DNA from: Ptychomitrium polyphyllum
Taxonomy: Eukaryota
Reading direction: 5' to 3'
NCBI GenBank assembly: GCA_973851085.1
Contig: OZ316775.1
Span: 5,952,001 to 6,016,000, forward strand
DNA length: 64,000 bases
In this document: piece after piece, positions 57,672 through 64,000 of the stretch
Layout of the letters: every line of letters starts with the position of its first letter
Numbering within the stretch: position 1 is the stretch's first letter
Notes under the pieces: generated by a model
Database searches by the model: none
Seen by the model: only the letters and a program-made list of their open reading frames with translations
Told to the model about the DNA's origin: nothing
Program-made: the position numbers and the translations under genes

Positions 57672-60600
57672 CTAGGCTGTCCACGACGCAGACCTCGTCA
57701 GGGACGGCTTCATCTTCCGGTCCTCCTCCAACCCTATCATTCCCAGGTGCGACGGATCCTCCAGCATCATCTTCGCCACCAGATAGCCCGCAATGGACCA
57801 CGTCTGGAACTTCCGAGCCTGCTTCCCCACGTACCGCCCCAGCTTGCCGTCGTAGTACTCCGGCCACCCGTCCTTCGCTAGCCTCGTCTCCACCTGCTCG
57901 ATGGCCCGCCTCGCAATTTGCGGCCTCCCGGCCTTGATGCACGCAGCCGTCAGCATCCACAGGATAACTGCACACACAACCCACCGACCAAACCACATGC
58001 TCAGCGCACCATCATGCGGCCCGTCGTTCCGCCCGCTGCACACGGCACTCCGCGTCAACGCATTCGGCACCGCCGCGCACGACACTAGCCGCCCCGGAAC
58101 TGTCAACGGCTCCCACGGCCCGCACCCAAACCCGACCCGGCGTCTCCACTCCGGACCCTAGTTCCGTCTTGCAACATTAGCGCCGGCCGCACCGGTGCCG
58201 CGAACATCCTCTCCTCGGACCCTCACTCTCCTCTCAACTAGCGACCGAAGGTGGACTCTGAGTCGCGACTTCCGACTCGATTGCTCTCGTCCACGCCCAC
58301 GCAACGACCCGGGACCGCCTCAACCTCCCCCGACACCGGCGCCTGCTACCCAAGAACGACGCAACCCTCGCTCCGTTCACCGACGGCAGGGCGGGTGACG
58401 CCCGGGCCCCCGACACGACCTCTGTGCCTCGGACACCCGAGCGCGCACCCGCCCAACAGCGAACCCTAATCCAAGCACAAACGGAAGCGACTGGCGCTCT
58501 ACCTGGCCACGACCCGGCATTGTGGTAGCTCCACCTCGTGTTCTTCGGGTCGCATCCCGTCACGATGCGCCACTCGTGCCCCTCCATCGCCGGGTACGAC
58601 ACCTTCAGAGGCATGTCGCCCACCAGCTCCGGCCACCGCGCTTCCAGCAGGTCCATGATGGCCGACGCCTGATCCGACGTCGCCAGCGACGACAGGATGG
58701 CCATGAAGTTGCCGATGGCGAACCACCGGAAGTCCATCCGAGCAGGGCTCACGTTCCCGATGAAGAAGCCGCCCTTCAGCGGCAGGAAGTCGAATATCCA
58801 GTCCGGGATGGAGTCCGGTATCACGTTGAACTTGTTCACGGCCGTGTGCGAGTACTCCTCCGTCTTGAACCGGTAGATGTTGTTCAGCTGCTGGTGGTCC
58901 AGCCAGAAGTACTCCCGCATGTGGAAGCTCAGCGCGTGCAGCCGCTTGTCGATCCTCTCCAGAAACTCCTTGCCGTCCCCTTCCGCCTTGATCAGGCTCT
59001 TGGCAGACCGCAGAGCCATGAAAAACAGGCTCTGGATCTCGATCGGATAACCGTAGATGCCCTGCCACCACGACACACGCGGGTCAGCTCCCCGCCATCT
59101 CCCGCGCACGTTCTCCGGAGGGCCACCACGGCGTCCTCCGGCCAACGCACGCCTGCCAAACCCCGTGCCTCACCACCACGCCGGACGGCCCCGACTCCCG
59201 CACCACGCACTGCACACGCAGACCTAATCCTCACACCGGCTCACGAACCTCACTGCTATCGGTCGTCTACCGGCGCACCGCGCGGCCCTCGCCCCACCCT
59301 CCCCTAAGAGTTCCGGATGCACGTACCATCCGCCGATCCACCATGCAGCACCCGTCCGCGCACAGCAGCGTCGGAAACGTATCGAAACCGTCCGCCAGGC
59401 ACAGCGTCAAAATCAGCCTCATCCCCCTCTGGCAGTCCGCCATGTCCGCCAGGGTGTGGTCCCCGGTCGACTTCGTGTACGCCCGAAGGAGTATGATCCA
59501 CCAGAACCCCGAATCCACCGGGGCCACCCTCCCGATCGCACTCTCGCCGAAGTCCGCGATCATCGTGTCCGTCTTCCGCACCGGGTCGTGCAGGACCTGC
59601 GAGTCCACACGCCGCTCACCCCGTCAGCACGCCACCGACACCCCCCCCGCTACACAAAACACACCGGCCTCGCCCGAGCGATTCCCACGGCACGGGGTCC
59701 CGCCCCGTCCAGCCTCGGACGACTTCCACATCTACGTGCTTCCGGACACACCACCACACGCCATTCACGAAACAAGCCCACGCTCACCTTGAAGCTGGCC
59801 GGCATCACGCCTTCCCCCAACGTGAAGCAATCGATGCGCTTCTCGATGCTCTGCAGCCGCAGCGTCTTCAACAGGAAGTTCTTCACTATCTCCGGCTCCC
59901 CGTTCATCAGAAACGCCAGCGCGCTCGGGACGAAGTCCCGCACGAACACCTGCGCCCAAGTCATACGTCAGACTCCCACGCGGCATACATACAGTGCCTG
60001 CCATCCAGGCGCACCACTCCGCTCTCACCCCCACGCCGCACGACCTGCACTACTCCGGCGTGCCCGCGACGATGGCCGGATGCGGTCCCCAACCAGCGAC
60101 CGCCACACCTGCTGCCGTTCGCGACGCGGCCCACATTGCACGCGCGCGACCCCCGAGCCCCACGCCCTCCACGAAGACCTAACAACACGACGCTCTACCC
60201 TACCCTGCCACCACCGCCACGCCACCCGACACTGAGCGTCCGCTCGGGACGCGGAGCGGGCTGCAATCCGCAGGACCCGTCCGATTCGCTCTCGTCCGTT
60301 CCGCGCATCCCGCCCTACCGCTCCACGAATCAACCGCTTGCCGACGACCCCATTCCCGGCTACTCTACGCGTGCTGCCCCCTTGCTCGCAGCGCTCGCCG
60401 ACCGACACACGCCTCCCCGTACTTTCGCCCAATTCACCGCGCCCCCGACGCATGGACGGACGACACACACTGCACATGCTCACGGATAGCGTACCTGATT
60501 GTAATTCAGCGAGTCCTCCGTAGGATCCAGCGCCGCGATGGTTCCCACCGGCCTCGACCGGAAGTACACCATCGACCTCCTCAGCGCTTCCCATGCGTCC

Positions 60601-60941
60601 GCAATCATTGGATGAGGCTCAAACGCATGGTGCTCCCGAGGAGTACCGGCCGACGACCGGATGCTCGGAGACAGCAGCGCCTCCAGGCACTCCGAACTCT
60701 TCACGGTCTCTAACTGCCGGGGAGGCCGCGGCGACGACAGGCCCGAAGAGATGATGTCATTCAGCGACCTCTCGTCCAGAGAGTGCTGGGTCTCAATCTG
60801 GCGCGGCCTGAGGTCCATCAGCTTCCCGAAATCCACACTGCCGTTGTCCCCAGACGCGTGCGACTCGTTGGCCTTCCTAAGTGCCTCCGAGGTAGTCTCC
60901 AGGGTCAGGGGTCTTGGAAAGCTATACATGTCGAAAGGCAT
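57672..60941 (-). CDS. Cytosolic alkaline/neutral invertase (GH100), 5 coding exons
   Basis: Exons 60941-60495 ([14 protein letters not shown]), 59949-59788 ([14 protein letters not shown]), 59596-59327 ([30 protein letters not shown]), 59061-58503 ([10 protein letters not shown]...[10 protein letters not shown]), 57967-57672 ([24 protein letters not shown]). No transit peptide is evident, and the RSASW tail is typical of the cytosolic clade. Confidence 0.97.
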
Positions 60942-61752
60942 TAGGTTTCCACCGGCCCTCTGTCACGACAAATCGGACGCGTATCTCCCAATTCTCGGCC
61001 ACGTACGGCGGGCGTACGTACACACAGTAATGCGGCAGATCGAGCAACGCACTTAGGACAGATTACCGTTCAGTGCTTCTTAGTGTGAACTGCCTCAGGG
61101 TTCTGCGAAGGGTGCGGCTTACCACGGCCGAGCGAATGTCTCCTCCGGGCCCTAATCCACACTCGGATCGCTCTTCTTGAGGCCGCTACCCCGACCCAGC
61201 TCCTTCACCACTCCTGCCTCGCATTTCCCTCCAACTCCCGACTCATCAAGCCCTCGCAATGCATGCAACCTGCGCGCACCTCAACGCCTGCTCAGAGCGC
61301 CTCTCCTGCTGCTTATCGCGTCAGGCATCAGCCGCGGGCGCCAATTCTCTGCTTCCCGCCGTGATGAGACTGGAAGTGTCAAACTCTGCTTCCGGGCTGC
61401 ACATTCGAGGAGGACGGGATGCCGCGCTCGGAAACCTCAGCCCCCGCCGCGACCCCGATCCGGAGGGAGAACGCGCACCCGCGCGGAGCTGCCCTAGCCA
61501 ACGGCCAAACACCCGGGCGCCCAGGCCACAGACTGGACAAATTGGGCGAGCGGGAAGAAATGCGAGGCGGGGAAGGCGAGCGGGGCTACGGCAATGAGAT
61601 CTCGCGCCCACGGAAGGTCGATCGGCCCCGGCCGAAGACGGAGCCCGGCGCCTCCCTCAGATCTGCTCAAGACCTCGGACCGCCGCGCGCACGAGCCCAC
61701 CGCCCTCTCCCCAGGCCAGCAATTGCCGCCGCAACCACCACACTCGCCACCT

Positions 61753-61788
61753 CCACGCCCACGCCCACGCCCACGCCCGCGCCCACGC
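61753..61788. repeat. (CCCACG)n hexamer microsatellite
   Basis: CCACGCCCACGCCCACGCCCACGCCCGCGCCCACGC read directly. Confidence 0.85.
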
Positions 61789-62240
61789 ACACGCTCCGCT
61801 CCGCCCAATTCCACTCCAACCGCGCAGATCGCTCTCGGAATCCCGGCGGCCGACCAGCGCACAGGAGGGCTGCGCCCTTACGGAAACAGAAGCAAACGCC
61901 ACACGGCCGCGCTCCCCCTCCGCCCGCGCGCCCCGCGCACCAAGCCGCAGCTCCCCGTCCTCCCTACGAACGTCAGGCCGGGCTCGCCGTCTTCCGCTCG
62001 CTCCACCCGCCTCGGGACGCAGGCGCCACTCGCACCTCGCTGCGAAGCACGCGAAAGGCCCGCAACGTCAGCTGCGCCCCCGCCCGGCCACTCCAGCACT
62101 GGCACAGCACAGCGACGAGGCGACCGCACCACACTCCGCGGGAGAGGAGGAGGAATGCAGCAGCGAAGGCCGAGAATGCTGTCCGAGACCAATCGGGTGC
62201 GGAGGCGAAAGAAGGAGAGGAACGTCAAGCATCCCGGGGC

Positions 62241-62246
62241 TTTATA
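62241..62246 (-). promoter_or_regulatory. TATA box of the invertase gene
   Basis: Minus strand reads GCCCTATAAAGCCCC, followed ~25 nt later by a CT-rich leader and a GAG|GTGCG donor at 62035. Confidence 0.6.
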
Positions 62247-62302
62247 GGGCCAAGCTCAGGGCCCTCATGGCGCCACCGGCAGCATCCCCGATGGCCAAAG
62301 CT

Positions 62303-62330
62303 GGCCCCTGCCCCTGCCCCTGCCCCTGCC
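62303..62330. repeat. (GCCCCT)x4 hexamer repeat
   Basis: GGCCCCTGCCCCTGCCCCTGCCCCTGCC read directly. Confidence 0.85.
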
Positions 62331-63591
62331 AGCGAAGGAGAGGCGACGCCCGACGGAGCAGCGACGGAGGCGACGGAGGGCCTCCGTAGGCCCCCCCTGG
62401 TCCTGGGCTGGTCCCGGGCCCGGGCCCGGTCTGGCCAGCCAACCGCGATCGCGTACCTGCGGTTAGCCGTGCCGCGCGACTACTCTGTCGCGAGGCCGCT
62501 GTTTCGTTCGCGCTCCTGCCCCGGCCCTCCATGGGGCCCCCACCCGCGGCTGCCTGCCTGCCTCCCTCCGTCCCCTGAATTACTGTTCTTTCCTCCTCGT
62601 TTTATATGCCTTTGCAGTCTGCGGATAAGAACCACTGCCAGGCCTTACCTCAGGGTTCTGCGCTCTGTTGTTACCTGCTTTGGTGCATTATTTTTCATAT
62701 TCTTATTAGGATACTGTGGTGCATATTTGGGTTTTGCTCTCTTTGCATTCAGGGTATCGTTGGAGTTTAGATGGTTTTTCTTGAGGTTTTTGTGTTAGTT
62801 GTTGACGAATACGCTGTGCCAGCTTTTTGTGAAGTTGAGAAGGCCTTAATCAGACACCTGATTATTTTCTCATGATATAGTAAATCATGTTGCTGTTTTT
62901 CATGTCATAATGTTGTGTTATTGCGGTGGTAGTTTGTTCCTTTTTAGCTGCATACGTTAGGCAAGTAGATTAGTGAATGGGATTATTAGGGAGTGCTTTG
63001 GAGGGAGTTTGGTTGTAACATGCGAGTGGTGTAAGGTGGGAGCTAGAAGTGGTGGATGGAGCCCTAAGGAATGGTTTAGTGTTTTTTATTGAAGCGGAAG
63101 ACTAAGATGATGTATTAAAGATAGATAAATGTGCAGAAGATGAGGCTTGTGGTGCATGTCATAAAATAAGAGGTGTTTAAATTTTTTTAATTCTTTTATT
63201 AGTTAAGTAGTGATTTTGATGTTATACACCAACACAGCATCACATGCAATTGCTAGGTTGTTAATTTTTCCCAAATTGATTGAAAAGTTAGATGCATGGA
63301 GAGTTTAAATGATGATAATTATTATTCATAGTGTGAGTTGTTTAAGCTAGTTTATATCATTATCATTATTAACATTTTAATAATGTGCATGGATAAATTT
63401 ATTTACTTGCTTAGTGATAGATATGTTTGAAAACTATACATAATAGTTGTTTAAATTTTATCCATTCAATAATCCAATACAATCCTAAATGTATTCCATA
63501 TATAAGCACAAAAAATAGCACCTATAGTGACAACATGTAGCAAAGCAATTTTTTAATACATCAAACATAATAGATATTTTACACTTCTAAT

Positions 63592-63900
63592 TGTTATGGA
63601 CAAAGTAACTTCAAGGCAAGGCTTCAAAACTCCAAGATATGGAATAAAGTATTTCCAAGGTATGTTAGAAGTAAGAGTTATAACAAAGTACAAAGATAAG
63701 ACTAGGAGGTTTAAACTAGACCACAAGAGATGCATTGTTGAGATTAAAGATATCTCTAGCCTCAACTCTTATATACACTAGGATTGCAATTACAATAGCA
63801 AGCCTTAAAAGCTTCTTAAGAAGCTTCCAATACAATTCTTTATAATCAAGCAACCATGTGTTACTTCTCTGGAAGCTTAATAAATAATAATATGTTCTTT
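63592..63900. mobile_element. Degraded LTR fragment, same type as 27320-27719
   Basis: Begins TGTTATGGACA and shares TATGTTAGAA..., T(T)ATA(C/T)AC(T) and AGAAGCTTCC motifs with the 27.3-kb element. Confidence 0.55.
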
Positions 63901-64000
63901 AACTTAACATTCTAAAAAACCTTTACAAAACACAATCTAAAAAAAATTATAGAAGGTGTTGTATGATTGAAAATTATAGATTTAAATTTAAAGCTTCATT

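Noticed and set aside
56499..62798. Many long overlapping ORFs (e.g. 61419-62798, 58522-59307, 56597-57328)
   Set aside because: Pro/Arg/Ala-rich by-products of high GC, antisense to or out of frame with the invertase gene.

Overview
Eukaryotic plant nuclear DNA, most consistent with a moss (Physcomitrium/Funariaceae-like: multi-exon GT-AG genes separated by very AT-rich, TE-littered intergenic DNA). Nine protein-coding genes can be built from the sequence: ALG5 dolichyl-phosphate glucosyltransferase (+), RPN11 proteasome deubiquitinase (-), a ZIP4-like zinc transporter (+), plastid ABC1K1 kinase (+), a bacterial/phage-type pyrimidine-dimer DNA glycosylase homologue (-), an L-type lectin receptor kinase (-), plant-specific SDH5 (-), an AVT1-type amino-acid transporter (+) and a very GC-rich cytosolic alkaline/neutral invertase (-). 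There is also an intact solo LTR with a 5-bp TSD, older LTR relics and two long fold-backs. The stand-out observation is the two-exon gene at 30787-31751. It encodes a T4 endonuclease V-like (MSMEG_6728/Pyr_excise-type) protein behind a 42-aa organellar transit peptide. Its predicted cleavage site would regenerate the bacterial N-terminus, suggesting a horizontally acquired, light-independent UV-repair enzyme for organelle DNA. Family assignments come from motif recognition, not database searches.
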